IMG/VR virus record: IMGVR_UViG_3300025000_000057
Strand: one strand, 5' to 3'
DNA from: a virus
Taxonomy: Duplodnaviria > Caudoviricetes
DNA: 64,000 nt
The translations under genes and the position numbers were made by a program. The notes beneath the pieces are model-generated. The model was given only the letters and a program-made list of their open reading frames with translations. It made no database searches and was not told the DNA's origin. The stretch's first letter is position 1, and each line of letters starts with the position of its first letter. Positions 28,245-36,730 of the stretch are shown in pieces.

Positions 28245-28874
28245 ATGAAGATAAATGTTATATTCGATGGTGTAAAGATTCCTAGCCATGATAATCTGCC
28301 CGAAGTGTCTATACAACGGATTAATGTTATTACCGAGTTATCTATCGAAGAGATGCGGCTTTTACCTCAACTTATAGTTGATACTATTTACAGCTGCAGC
28401 AAGCTTGATACCTTAGAGCATTATTCTGGCGTATTAGGAGATATCACAAAAGGAATTAAAAGCAGAAGTGAGGAAATTGCAAACGGCGAGTTCAAAGAGA
28501 AAGATAAATCGTGTACCAATGAAATAGTAACCTTGTCACAGTTAATACCTAAAAAGGTTGATTGCAATATCTGTAAAGGGCAATTACCTTATAGGTGTAT
28601 GTGCGAGTATGTTAATGAATGTGAGATATTACAAGAGTTCAAACCCATGGCACCCATATTAGACTGTTATATGTGCTCTCATCATAGTACCAAAATAAGA
28701 AGTATAAAAACTGGTTTTTATGTTAATACCTGTGCAAAACTTGGTACAAAACGTTGTTTCCATTGTGCTCACAAGTGTAACGAAAAGAAAGCTCAATTAT
28801 GTATAGCACACTTTGATGGTAAATGCGAGGTATACCCCAAGGATGTTAAACCTATTATACCTATGCCTGTATAA
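28245..28874 (+). CDS. Protein with Cys-rich C-terminus
   Basis: CNIC..CMC..C..CYMC..C..CFHCAHKC. Confidence 0.75.
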   Translation: MKINVIFDGVKIPSHDNLPEVSIQRINVITELSIEEMRLLPQLIVDTIYSCSKLDTLEHYSGVLGDITKGIKSRSEEIANGEFKEKDKSCTNEIVTLSQLIPKKVDCNICKGQLPYRCMCEYVNECEILQEFKPMAPILDCYMCSHHSTKIRSIKTGFYVNTCAKLGTKRCFHCAHKCNEKKAQLCIAHFDGKCEVYPKDVKPIIPMPV

Positions 28875-28876
28875 TA

Positions 28877-28975
28877 AGCCTGGTGGGGTTAGGCCAGGTG
28901 CGGCAGCCTTTAAGGCTGCGTCCCTAAAAGGGAGTTAACTTTGCTAAGTGCCTGGGTCTCCCCCGGGAGGCCCGT
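28877..28975 (+). ncRNA. Candidate structured RNA with four hairpins
   Basis: cctgg/ccagg, gcagcc/ggctgc, tccct/aggga, gggtctccc/gggaggccc in a GC-rich intergenic patch. Confidence 0.45.
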
Positions 28976-29015
28976 TGTTTCTTTTTAGTATAAAGTAGCT
29001 GAGAGGTGAGGTAAA

Positions 29016-29369
29016 TTGGTACATAAATCGTTTAAGAGTTTACCAGTAACTATCGTTGGTTTTACTACCAACATAGAGATATTAGGTATTATTGACGAGG
29101 TTGATGTTTTAACCCGTTATGTCTTTGTTATGATAAAGACTACGGATAAGGACAAGGATATCCTTGTAAATGTTGCGATACCTAAAGAGAACCTAAATAC
29201 AAGAAGAAACTTTACTAGTTTTATAGGCCGTGGATTTGCAGGTCGGGGTAGGCTATCAAGGCATGATGGGGAATTAATTGTATTGATTTATGACTACCGA
29301 GTGATGAGTAGAGATGAAACAGATAAGCTTTTGTCTGGAGAATTAATAGTAGTGAATGGAGGTGTTTAG
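29016..29369 (+). CDS. Small beta-rich (OB-fold-like) protein
   Basis: Alternating hydrophobic strands; GRGRL..DGELIVLI. Confidence 0.55.
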   Translation: MVHKSFKSLPVTIVGFTTNIEILGIIDEVDVLTRYVFVMIKTTDKDKDILVNVAIPKENLNTRRNFTSFIGRGFAGRGRLSRHDGELIVLIYDYRVMSRDETDKLLSGELIVVNGGV

Positions 29370-29371
29370 GA

Positions 29372-29590
29372 ATTCCAATTAAAGATGAGATACTAAAAGA
29401 GTATTCTCCATTAGTAAAAGGTAATAGCGTTCTTTCTCGTCTAGATAAACAACAGAATATTCTAGCTCATATCGAGGATATCAACAATCTAGTTAAAAGA
29501 GAGAGTAACCATGGAGTTACAAATGTCAAAGTATTAAGCAATCTGTATATTGCAAAGTCTATAGCATTACAGGCTTTAACAAATTTGTAG
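29372..29590 (+). CDS. 72-aa protein, probable ATT start (not in ORF track)
   Basis: GGAGGTG RBS; IPIKDEILKEYSPL...LQALTNL*; no usable ATG/GTG/TTG after TAA 29324. Confidence 0.6.
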   Translation: MPIKDEILKEYSPLVKGNSVLSRLDKQQNILAHIEDINNLVKRESNHGVTNVKVLSNLYIAKSIALQALTNL

Positions 29591-29604
29591 AGGAGGTCGC
29601 CACT

Positions 29605-30024
29605 ATGATGGCAGCACAAGGCGATACATTTCATATCCGAGTACCTAAACATCCGAACAAGATAATGACTCAGATAATATTAGACCATAGTCTTGAACCT
29701 AACATTCTTAGTGATGGAGTAAATTCTGAGATTGTTAACGGTTTAATGAACGCAATCTGTTCCGGACTGCCAGTAGGAATCTTAACAAAGTTAGCCACCC
29801 AAATAGCTGGCGTATGTGTTCAGAAGATGCCCGAAGTTGATAAGAATAAGTATATCGAGCATATGATACGTACCCTGGAAAAGATGCGGGGTACTGCTAA
29901 TCCGGATATACCAGATTTATTAAAGAATGCTGATAAGGTACAGACGCCGATTAGTCCTGACAGTATTGAAGCCTGGCAGGAGGTTAAGGAATCGCCTAAG
30001 AGTACGGGTACCGGGGAGGTATAA
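29605..30024 (+). CDS. Hypothetical protein
   Basis: GAGGAGGT RBS. Confidence 0.75.
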   Translation: MMAAQGDTFHIRVPKHPNKIMTQIILDHSLEPNILSDGVNSEIVNGLMNAICSGLPVGILTKLATQIAGVCVQKMPEVDKNKYIEHMIRTLEKMRGTANPDIPDLLKNADKVQTPISPDSIEAWQEVKESPKSTGTGEV

Positions 30025-30026
30025 CT

Positions 30027-30284
30027 TTGCATCCTGTTCAACAGATTACAAAGCCAGAAACATCTACTCTGGCGTCTACCTTAGCTGTACCTATTAGTTG
30101 CTTTTGGTGTCCTCTTAATAATCCTAAAGAGAAGCTATTTAGTGCTTGTTACATGGATGATACAATAACTTGTGTGCAATGTTATGTTAACCATGTATTC
30201 TTTCAAAATAGAGATATACATGGTATAACAGTAGATCCGAGTTATCAAGAGGAGTTATTCTTTAAACAATTCAGAAAGAAATAG
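30027..30284 (+). CDS. Small Cys protein
   Basis: CFWC..C..CVQC. Confidence 0.65.
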   Translation: MHPVQQITKPETSTLASTLAVPISCFWCPLNNPKEKLFSACYMDDTITCVQCYVNHVFFQNRDIHGITVDPSYQEELFFKQFRKK

Positions 30285-30485
30285 GTGAGTCATTTGAGAT
30301 GTGAAGGTTGCGATAAATTATCAAGGACGGCTGTTGATAGAATAATTACGTACCGATGTACTGGTACACCGAGAGGCCGTAAAGTTGGATGGAAATATGA
30401 ATCCTCCTGGAAAAACAAAGTTATATACGCCCCAAAGTGGTGTCCAAAACGTACTCAAGATAAAGGAATGGGGATCATAATATGA
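30285..30485 (+). CDS. Small Cys protein
   Basis: CEGC..C..PKWCPK. Confidence 0.65.
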   Translation: MSHLRCEGCDKLSRTAVDRIITYRCTGTPRGRKVGWKYESSWKNKVIYAPKWCPKRTQDKGMGIII

Positions 30486-30751
30486 TTGTTATAGAAAAGA
30501 AGATTGATGATTTAACAAGAGAAGTATATATCTTTTATTATCATCATGATAAAAGAACAATAATCCTTGATAGCTACTCTCTTGAGAATAGAGAGACTAA
30601 GAGACATAAATTTCGGACTAAGAAAATTTACAGCAGAAAAGGTCATGGCTCTAATCTAAAAGAAAGCGAGGTCGTTCTTCCTGAAGAGATTAAACAACAG
30701 GCGTTAGAAAAGTTTATATCCCGGATAACAGTAAGGTTATCAAGAACGTAG
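30482..30751 (+). CDS. Hypothetical protein
   Basis: 89 aa, coupled to neighbours. Confidence 0.7.
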   Translation: MIVIEKKIDDLTREVYIFYYHHDKRTIILDSYSLENRETKRHKFRTKKIYSRKGHGSNLKESEVVLPEEIKQQALEKFISRITVRLSRT

Positions 30752-30763
30752 GAGGTGAATTAA

Positions 30764-31078
30764 TTGCAATTTGAGGTTCTAAGCGGAGGTAATAAATTAA
30801 CCGTTACTATTCAAACGGAACCGGCAATAATCAGTATGACAGTATTTCCTGATACTGTTAGTAAAGAGGAGTTTGGAAAAGCCATAGCTCAGGAACTTCT
30901 CAACGTATCTGATACGCCTATACCAGGTGTTATTATGAATGTACTGGTTAAACAAATCGCATTAATGCAGGGGTTGGATAAGACTCTACTGGATATCAAG
31001 AGATACTTACTCGCAGAACATTCCTATAGTCTAGAAGAAATTAGAAATGCTCTAGAGTATGCCACGAGTACCTCTTAG
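30764..31078 (+). CDS. Hypothetical protein
   Basis: AGGAGGTG RBS, TTG start. Confidence 0.75.
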   Translation: MQFEVLSGGNKLTVTIQTEPAIISMTVFPDTVSKEEFGKAIAQELLNVSDTPIPGVIMNVLVKQIALMQGLDKTLLDIKRYLLAEHSYSLEEIRNALEYATSTS

Positions 31079-31101
31079 AACTTATATATAAATTTAAGGA
31101 G

Positions 31102-31848
31102 TTGGTTTTATTGGCTATTACAGACTTAGAAGTTTCTCGTCTACCTGATAGAGATATAGTCGTCTTAACCTTTGATGAGAATGTTTTGGTTATTCCCTTC
31201 CATCTTCTGCTTAAGAAACTCGTTGAGAACGAGTTCGATATCGTTGTTCCTAAACGAGAAGATGATGCAGAAAAGGTCTTTGGGATAGCTTTTCACCCTG
31301 ATACTATAGGTGGTAAGCCGAAGATGATAACCCTTAATGCAATATCGTCAAAAGAGGCTATTAAGGCCGCTATTGATGTAGACCCGGGTGTTGATTATGT
31401 CGGTATTACCACTACGCTTAAGGGTTATCCCGCAGGCACACCGATAGTGGATAATACACTCGAATTCTTGGAAAGTTTTAAAGATGTTAGTGATGAAGTT
31501 GATTACACACCACGTCACCGTCTCAATCCGCCAGTAGTGCAACAACAAATACCAGTTGAATCAGATCCGCAGATCATGACAGGATTGAGCGATACTCTAA
31601 GAGCAAGCACGAACGAAGGTCAACAATGTTATACAGCTCTAAAGCCGCCAGCTTGGCCAACCCAATCAGAGCAGCCACTTGGCTATGATCAACGGGTCAC
31701 TCAACAAGAACTTCCTCTTCCGGTAGAGACTTCTGCAAATCCGGATAAGAAGGCCCGAATTGAAGCTTGTAAGGCAAGCGGTGAGGAATGTCAATTCTGT
31801 AATAACGATCCTGAAACTTGTAACGGAGTGTATAAAGCTCCATTTTAA
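31102..31848 (+). CDS. Hypothetical protein with C-terminal C-x6-CxxC-x6-C motif
   Basis: 248 aa. Confidence 0.7.
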   Translation: MVLLAITDLEVSRLPDRDIVVLTFDENVLVIPFHLLLKKLVENEFDIVVPKREDDAEKVFGIAFHPDTIGGKPKMITLNAISSKEAIKAAIDVDPGVDYVGITTTLKGYPAGTPIVDNTLEFLESFKDVSDEVDYTPRHRLNPPVVQQQIPVESDPQIMTGLSDTLRASTNEGQQCYTALKPPAWPTQSEQPLGYDQRVTQQELPLPVETSANPDKKARIEACKASGEECQFCNNDPETCNGVYKAPF

Positions 31849-31859
31849 TACTTTGCCAT

Positions 31860-31925
31860 ACCCCTTTGTTGACAATTAACATGTAGCATGTTACAATGAC
31901 AACTAACAATAGTCAACAAAGGGGT
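31860..31925 (+). promoter_or_regulatory. Sigma-A promoter with heptad operator, bracketed by a 14-bp inverted repeat
   Basis: TTGACA(31869-74)-17-TACAAT(31892-97); ATGTAGC ATGTTAC; acccctttgttgac...gtcaacaaaggggt, whose right arm covers the RBS. Confidence 0.85.
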
Positions 31926-31932
31926 GACACAA

Positions 31933-32367
31933 ATGGCAAAGTTGATATTAAGAGCTACTGAGAAAAACCGCCTCTTTGCTCAACACTTAGTTGCACATCA
32001 AAATATCAAGTACAATGTGACAGTTGATGGTCTTGAGCTAACAGGAGAGCGTATAACAATAACAAGAGAGTTAGCTAATAAACACCTTGGGTTAGATAAA
32101 TTAGATCCAAATGACGCCACCGTTAGATGGCGTAGTCTTATTATAAACCGAGAGGGTAGTTTACTCTCAGCAACAGACGACTTAATAATACTGGCTGATG
32201 ATGAAGAGAAAAGTCAGTGGTCATCTGTAAGGGTTCGTAGAGACACAAAAGAGTTTGGAGAAGATTGGTCTAATCGAATGGGTATTAGCCAGGCTCAGTT
32301 CTACGAAGAGGCGGTTCACCATTACGTTAAACAGTTCTTAGACGGTAATTCGCAAGATACTAATTAA
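31933..32367 (+). CDS. Putative ribbon-helix-helix transcription regulator
   Basis: C-terminal WSSVRVRRDTKEFGEDWSNRMGISQAQFYEEAVHHY fits the CopG/Arc-like beta-alpha-alpha pattern. Confidence 0.6.
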   Translation: MAKLILRATEKNRLFAQHLVAHQNIKYNVTVDGLELTGERITITRELANKHLGLDKLDPNDATVRWRSLIINREGSLLSATDDLIILADDEEKSQWSSVRVRRDTKEFGEDWSNRMGISQAQFYEEAVHHYVKQFLDGNSQDTN

Positions 32368-32371
32368 ACCT

Positions 32372-32409
32372 AATATGGGGTATGTTCTATTATGAACATA
32401 CCCCATATT
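32372..32409. repeat. Perfect 16-bp inverted repeat
   Basis: aatatggggtatgttc-tattat-gaacataccccatatt. Confidence 0.85.
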
Positions 32410-32485
32410 CTTAAAGAAGGTGATAAGGTGCTTAAGTTTATATGCAAGCTTATTGTAGGTAAACGTAAGATGGAGATGATGTGCC

Positions 32486-33157
32486 GTGAACAACGTAAGA
32501 GAAGGCAATGGGCTATGCACTTCAAAAACAAATGCTACTTTGGGTAAGTTTATAGTATTTGAAGGAGTAGATGGCTGCGGGAAGACTACGCAAGTACAAC
32601 TCCTTATGGAGTATTTAAAGAGTAAGAATATACCAGCGATACTTACAAAAGAGCCGGGCGGTACCAGTATAGGTGATAAAATAAGAGGGATTTTATTAGA
32701 CCCTGATAATACCGAAATGGTACCTAGAACTGAAATGCTATTATATGCTGTCAGTAGAGGTCAACAGGCTTTTGAGAAAATCATCCCTACACTCAAGAGT
32801 GGTACGACCGTAGTATGTGACAGATATTTCTACAGTAGCTTAGCCTACCAAGGAGGAGGTCGAGGGCTTAATAAAGATATAATATTAGAATTACATAGAA
32901 TTGCTACAGACGATCTACATGCAGACCTTGTAATACTCATTGACATAACTGTAGAAGAATCTACGAGAAGGTTAACGGGGCGTAGAGGAGTTGCTCTTGA
33001 TAGATTAGAGAGAGAAACTGTTGAATTCTTTCAAAGAACACGAGCTGCTTATCTCGAACAAGCTAAATCTCCGAGATTTAATATCGTCAACGGAGATGAT
33101 ACAGTTGCTAATATACATAATAAAATTAAGACTCTAATTGATAACTTATATAAATAA
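32486..33157 (+). CDS. tmk: Thymidylate kinase
   Basis: FIVFEGVDGCGKTTQ, TKEPGG, LLYAVSR, VVCDRYFYSSLAYQGGGRG. Confidence 0.95.
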   Translation: MNNVREGNGLCTSKTNATLGKFIVFEGVDGCGKTTQVQLLMEYLKSKNIPAILTKEPGGTSIGDKIRGILLDPDNTEMVPRTEMLLYAVSRGQQAFEKIIPTLKSGTTVVCDRYFYSSLAYQGGGRGLNKDIILELHRIATDDLHADLVILIDITVEESTRRLTGRRGVALDRLERETVEFFQRTRAAYLEQAKSPRFNIVNGDDTVANIHNKIKTLIDNLYK

Positions 33158-33189
33158 CTGGTTACAAAAGCGTAACCAGTTATTTATAT
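33148..33189. repeat. Perfect 18-bp inverted repeat
   Basis: atataaataactggttac-aaaagc-gtaaccagttatttatat. Confidence 0.85.
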
Positions 33190-33208
33190 TAAGGGAGGTT
33201 AACATGAT

Positions 33209-33403
33209 ATGTTTAAAGTAACCAATTGGAGTAACCCGACTACATCTAAAAACGTAGAGGGTAAAGACCATAAAGACGCTGTTCGTAAAAGTGGTTACTC
33301 TGAACCTGGTAATACAGTTACTGTCCAAGATAGACACGAACACCATAGGTATTCTGTAAGTGAGACTGGCAAATTGATTCAGCAATCTAGCTATAAATAC
33401 TAG
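33209..33403 (+). CDS. Small hypothetical protein
   Basis: AAGGGAGGT RBS. Confidence 0.7.
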   Translation: MFKVTNWSNPTTSKNVEGKDHKDAVRKSGYSEPGNTVTVQDRHEHHRYSVSETGKLIQQSSYKY

Positions 33404-33415
33404 GAGGTGCTGTAA

Positions 33416-33694
33416 TTGGATCAAGATCGAGGTGTTATTACGTCTATTAGTATAGCACCGGATGATAAGACTGTTAACCCAACTCCCGAGCCGACTCATG
33501 GGAGAATAGCTAATACAGCTTATCAAACATACAAACAATTAGCTAATCTTAATAACGGAGCATTAGATACTATTGATAATGCAGCAGAGATTGTAGTTGG
33601 CACTGTTACAGGTATTGCTAACATACTAGCAACTAGTACACTTGGGATGTTTAAATTAGCAACAGGTTTACTTCGCATAAATAAGAAAGATTAA
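33416..33694 (+). CDS. Hypothetical protein
   Basis: AGGAGGTG RBS. Confidence 0.7.
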   Translation: MDQDRGVITSISIAPDDKTVNPTPEPTHGRIANTAYQTYKQLANLNNGALDTIDNAAEIVVGTVTGIANILATSTLGMFKLATGLLRINKKD

Positions 33695-33730
33695 AAACCT
33701 ATTGCCCTTAATAAAAAGGGCAATAGGTTT
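33695..33730. repeat. Perfect 15-bp inverted repeat
   Basis: aaacctattgccctt-aataaa-aagggcaataggttt. Confidence 0.85.
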
Positions 33731-33761
33731 ATTTGAATATAATTGAGAGGGGAATGTATAG

Positions 33762-34412
33762 ATGAGTGGTACTCAAGAGCAGCAAGAGCGTACATCTAGT
33801 TTTACAGCCTTCTACGGAACATTAATCTGTAGAGTCACAGGACGGAATGAAAGTATCCGGCAAGTAACTGAAACTATCGCAGAGAAGACAATCTTCTTGA
33901 ATTGCGTGTATGATGTGCCCGTACGCCAGCCGAATGGTAACTACGGACTGGAAAGCCATTGGGTTGATGTTATCGTCCCTCACTTCTTAGCTAAGCGTCT
34001 TGATCAATATCTTATCAAAGGTAAGTTTCTTACCGTTAACGGTACTATTAGGATGGGCCATTACGTTGGTAAAGTGGTCGACCCTAATGGAATATGCTGC
34101 CCCACATGCAATTCCAGATTGGCCGTTGAGATGAATGTTAAGAAGCTAAAAGTCGAGATACTTGCTAATGATATTAGACTTTTACCAGGCAGCAAAGCAA
34201 CTACATCTACCGACGGTCAGCCCTTAGGTGTTACAAATGTAACTACGATGCAAGCAACTGGTCAGCCGGTAGCTCAGGGCGGACAAGTGCAGCAATTTCC
34301 TGTTAACAACGTTAATACCCAATATATTGCCCAGTCTAGTATCGAATCTGGCACCCAAAACCCGTTGGTTACAGCAGGTGCTAACGTTAATATTGATGAT
34401 ATACCGTTTTAA
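33762..34412 (+). CDS. ssb: Single-stranded DNA-binding protein with a CxxC insert
   Basis: OB-fold (HWVDVIV..LAKRLDQYLIKGKFLTVNGTIR), Gln-rich linker, acidic tail IDDIPF. Confidence 0.85.
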   Translation: MSGTQEQQERTSSFTAFYGTLICRVTGRNESIRQVTETIAEKTIFLNCVYDVPVRQPNGNYGLESHWVDVIVPHFLAKRLDQYLIKGKFLTVNGTIRMGHYVGKVVDPNGICCPTCNSRLAVEMNVKKLKVEILANDIRLLPGSKATTSTDGQPLGVTNVTTMQATGQPVAQGGQVQQFPVNNVNTQYIAQSSIESGTQNPLVTAGANVNIDDIPF

Positions 34413-34430
34413 CAGAGGACGTTAAGTTCT

Positions 34431-34473
34431 CTGTATCATGTAACTTGACACATTGCTACAAGATATATATACT
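34431..34473 (+). promoter_or_regulatory. Sigma-A promoter with heptad repeats
   Basis: CTGTATC ATGTAAC TTGACAC; TTGACA(34445-50)-17-TATACT(34468-73). Confidence 0.8.
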
Positions 34474-34486
34474 GGGTAACAGGGTG

Positions 34487-34888
34487 GTGATTGTTATAAA
34501 GACGCCAATGTTAGAACCAGTGGTTAATGAATTGGCCGACGAACTTATGCAAGTTGTATTAAAATATAAAAGTAAGATTACAAGGTATCAAGCTATGGAG
34601 GCTATCGGTTTTATATGTCAAGCTATGGTAGGTGGGTATATTAAACCAGAAAGACATAAAGAATACGCTGAATATTCTATAGAGATGTATCAGTATTTGT
34701 TAGGCGTTCTGGACGATTTTAATAAAGAACGTCCAGATATGCCGATAGGTGTATCTCTCTTCGTACTTGGTCATTTATATTATTTCTTAGCCAAAGGATT
34801 ACAAGATCTCCAGAAAGGAGAGATAACTCATGATTCAAAGTCAAGTGCTCCAGAATCTCAATCTCCATCAGGGAGTAAAACAAAATAG
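34487..34888 (+). CDS. Helical hypothetical protein
   Basis: The track start lies in the -35 box; start moved to GTG 34487 (or ATG 34508). Confidence 0.65.
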   Translation: MIVIKTPMLEPVVNELADELMQVVLKYKSKITRYQAMEAIGFICQAMVGGYIKPERHKEYAEYSIEMYQYLLGVLDDFNKERPDMPIGVSLFVLGHLYYFLAKGLQDLQKGEITHDSKSSAPESQSPSGSKTK

Positions 34889-35582
34889 TGTAACTTTAAT
34901 CCTATCAGCATTTCTACCTGACGTTATTGGCAGAGCTTTTCTACTTGCACAATGGATCGACAAGGAAAAAGTAACTGTCACGGCATATGCTATAAGTGGA
35001 AAACACTTTATTAAACAGTATGAGAAAACAATGCCACATGCAGACCTAATGACGGCCATGATTAATGTACGGGCCGGATACGGGGTAACAGGCTGGCTAA
35101 TTACTCACTGGGATGAGCAAGATAAGGCTATCAATCATGCTATATCTGAGATAAAAGGAGACTATTCACAACATAAACTAAGTCTTGATTTACTATATAA
35201 CGCTCCTATTCTCAGTTGGTATGATGGCCTTTTGATAGAGATTAAACCTCCATGTAAAAGTTGTCCTAAGAGTATACTTTGTTCTGGTGTCTGTAATAAT
35301 AAGCAACATACGAATCCTGAGTATTCAGAGTTTACTCTTTCAGAAGGTGAAGGAATATATCTCACTCTTAAGTCTACGCCGGTAGATGATAAAGAGATGA
35401 TTTGTATATCCAAAACAAGTGTTGATGGTTTAATTATCGCCAGACTTTATATTAAGATTGGCGATACGAAACAAAAATATCATGATTTTAGTGGTACACC
35501 CGGTGAGTTTAGTGATTACCTAAAACAGTTTAGTACTAAATTCTTAGAACCAAAAGGTGCTAAATGGGTACCCGATGACTAA
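34830..35582 (+). CDS. Hypothetical protein with a CxxC-x5-C-x3-C motif
   Basis: AAAGGAG RBS. Confidence 0.7.
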   Translation: MIQSQVLQNLNLHQGVKQNSVTLILSAFLPDVIGRAFLLAQWIDKEKVTVTAYAISGKHFIKQYEKTMPHADLMTAMINVRAGYGVTGWLITHWDEQDKAINHAISEIKGDYSQHKLSLDLLYNAPILSWYDGLLIEIKPPCKSCPKSILCSGVCNNKQHTNPEYSEFTLSEGEGIYLTLKSTPVDDKEMICISKTSVDGLIIARLYIKIGDTKQKYHDFSGTPGEFSDYLKQFSTKFLEPKGAKWVPDD

Positions 35583-35602
35583 TATACAAAGGAGAGATTC
35601 TA

Positions 35603-35926
35603 ATGGCTGGACAAGTACGACGCAAAGAAGATGCTGTTAACCATGTTATGGCTACTGCGAAGCTAACCAAAGACCAGGCTACTGATGCTGTTAATGCCTT
35701 TCTTAGTTTCTTAAAAGAGGAACCTGCCAAAGGCAATAAAGTGCAGCTCATAGGTGAGATTACAGCTGAACCTGTTTATAGAAAAGCTCGCAAGGGCCGC
35801 AATCCTCAAACTGGTGGCGAAATTGATATTGAGGCTAAGAACCTCATAAAGTTAACAGCCGGCTCTAACTTTGATAAGGCTGTAGCACATTGTGATTTCT
35901 CAAGGATACGTGAGTCGGGTTCTTAA
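35603..35926 (+). CDS. hup: HU-family histone-like DNA-binding protein
   Basis: KVQLIGEIT..RKARKGRNPQTGGEIDIEA..KLTAG. Confidence 0.9.
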   Translation: MAGQVRRKEDAVNHVMATAKLTKDQATDAVNAFLSFLKEEPAKGNKVQLIGEITAEPVYRKARKGRNPQTGGEIDIEAKNLIKLTAGSNFDKAVAHCDFSRIRESGS

Positions 35927-35968
35927 ATCCGACTCTTATCTAATACAGCACTAGCGGAGGTTCAACAC

Positions 35969-36730
35969 ATGGCAAAAGAAGTACAAAGAGACATATTCTT
36001 AGTAGAGAGGGGGATTACTGAAGAGAAATTGTGCGCTGTAGGTGCGGCACAATGCTATCGGCCAGATAATGCTAGGATAATCTATGAAAACATGGCTGAT
36101 GAAAGCATTGCTAGACAATTAACCAGCAGGCTAACAGAAGGTCATGTTAGCATACTGGCACATGGCGTAGCTACATTCTTCGTAGCAGGCTACACCCGTA
36201 GATTTCTGGCTCAGATTACTCGGAATACATTCCTTAAGCCGAGTGTACAGAGTCAACAGTTTATTCTTCATAAAGATTTCTCCTGGTCATCTACACCACT
36301 GATTGATATGGTACCGGTTGTTAAAGACTTTATTATAGCTCAGATGGAAGAAGATCAGAAGATATACAATCAGGTACACTCTCATCTGCAAAGGTTTCTT
36401 GATGATAATCCGGAGATTGCCAAACAGTTTAATAAAGATCAGGCTCAGGATGATGCCAGGTTAATGCTGAGAAACATTACAGAATCTAATATGATACTTA
36501 CCGGTACTATGTGGGCCTGGTATGAAGCCTTGCCTAAACGTATCTGCAGGCGCAACACTGAAGAGACTGTAGCTTTTTGCGTTAGCTGTTTGCGTCAATT
36601 AAGAGAGCAGCACCCAAGTATATTTAATTACTGTGGCGCACCCTGCCAAATGGGTGAGTGCCCGGAGAAACGTCCATGTAAGATCGGCCCGTATCCGGGT
36701 AATGTATGGGAAGGGACGGCTGTTATTTAA
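35969..36730 (+). CDS. thyX: FAD-dependent thymidylate synthase ThyX (divergent)
   Basis: GHVSILAH..TFFVAGYTRRFLAQITR..SVQSQQF..DDARLML...C-x4-CPE-x2-PC. Confidence 0.8.
   Translation: MAKEVQRDIFLVERGITEEKLCAVGAAQCYRPDNARIIYENMADESIARQLTSRLTEGHVSILAHGVATFFVAGYTRRFLAQITRNTFLKPSVQSQQFILHKDFSWSSTPLIDMVPVVKDFIIAQMEEDQKIYNQVHSHLQRFLDDNPEIAKQFNKDQAQDDARLMLRNITESNMILTGTMWAWYEALPKRICRRNTEETVAFCVSCLRQLREQHPSIFNYCGAPCQMGECPEKRPCKIGPYPGNVWEGTAVI

Noticed and set aside
28879-28950. Pistol ribozyme
   Set aside because: The P1 loop and pseudoknot are similar, but the conserved UUAAAUA linker is missing.
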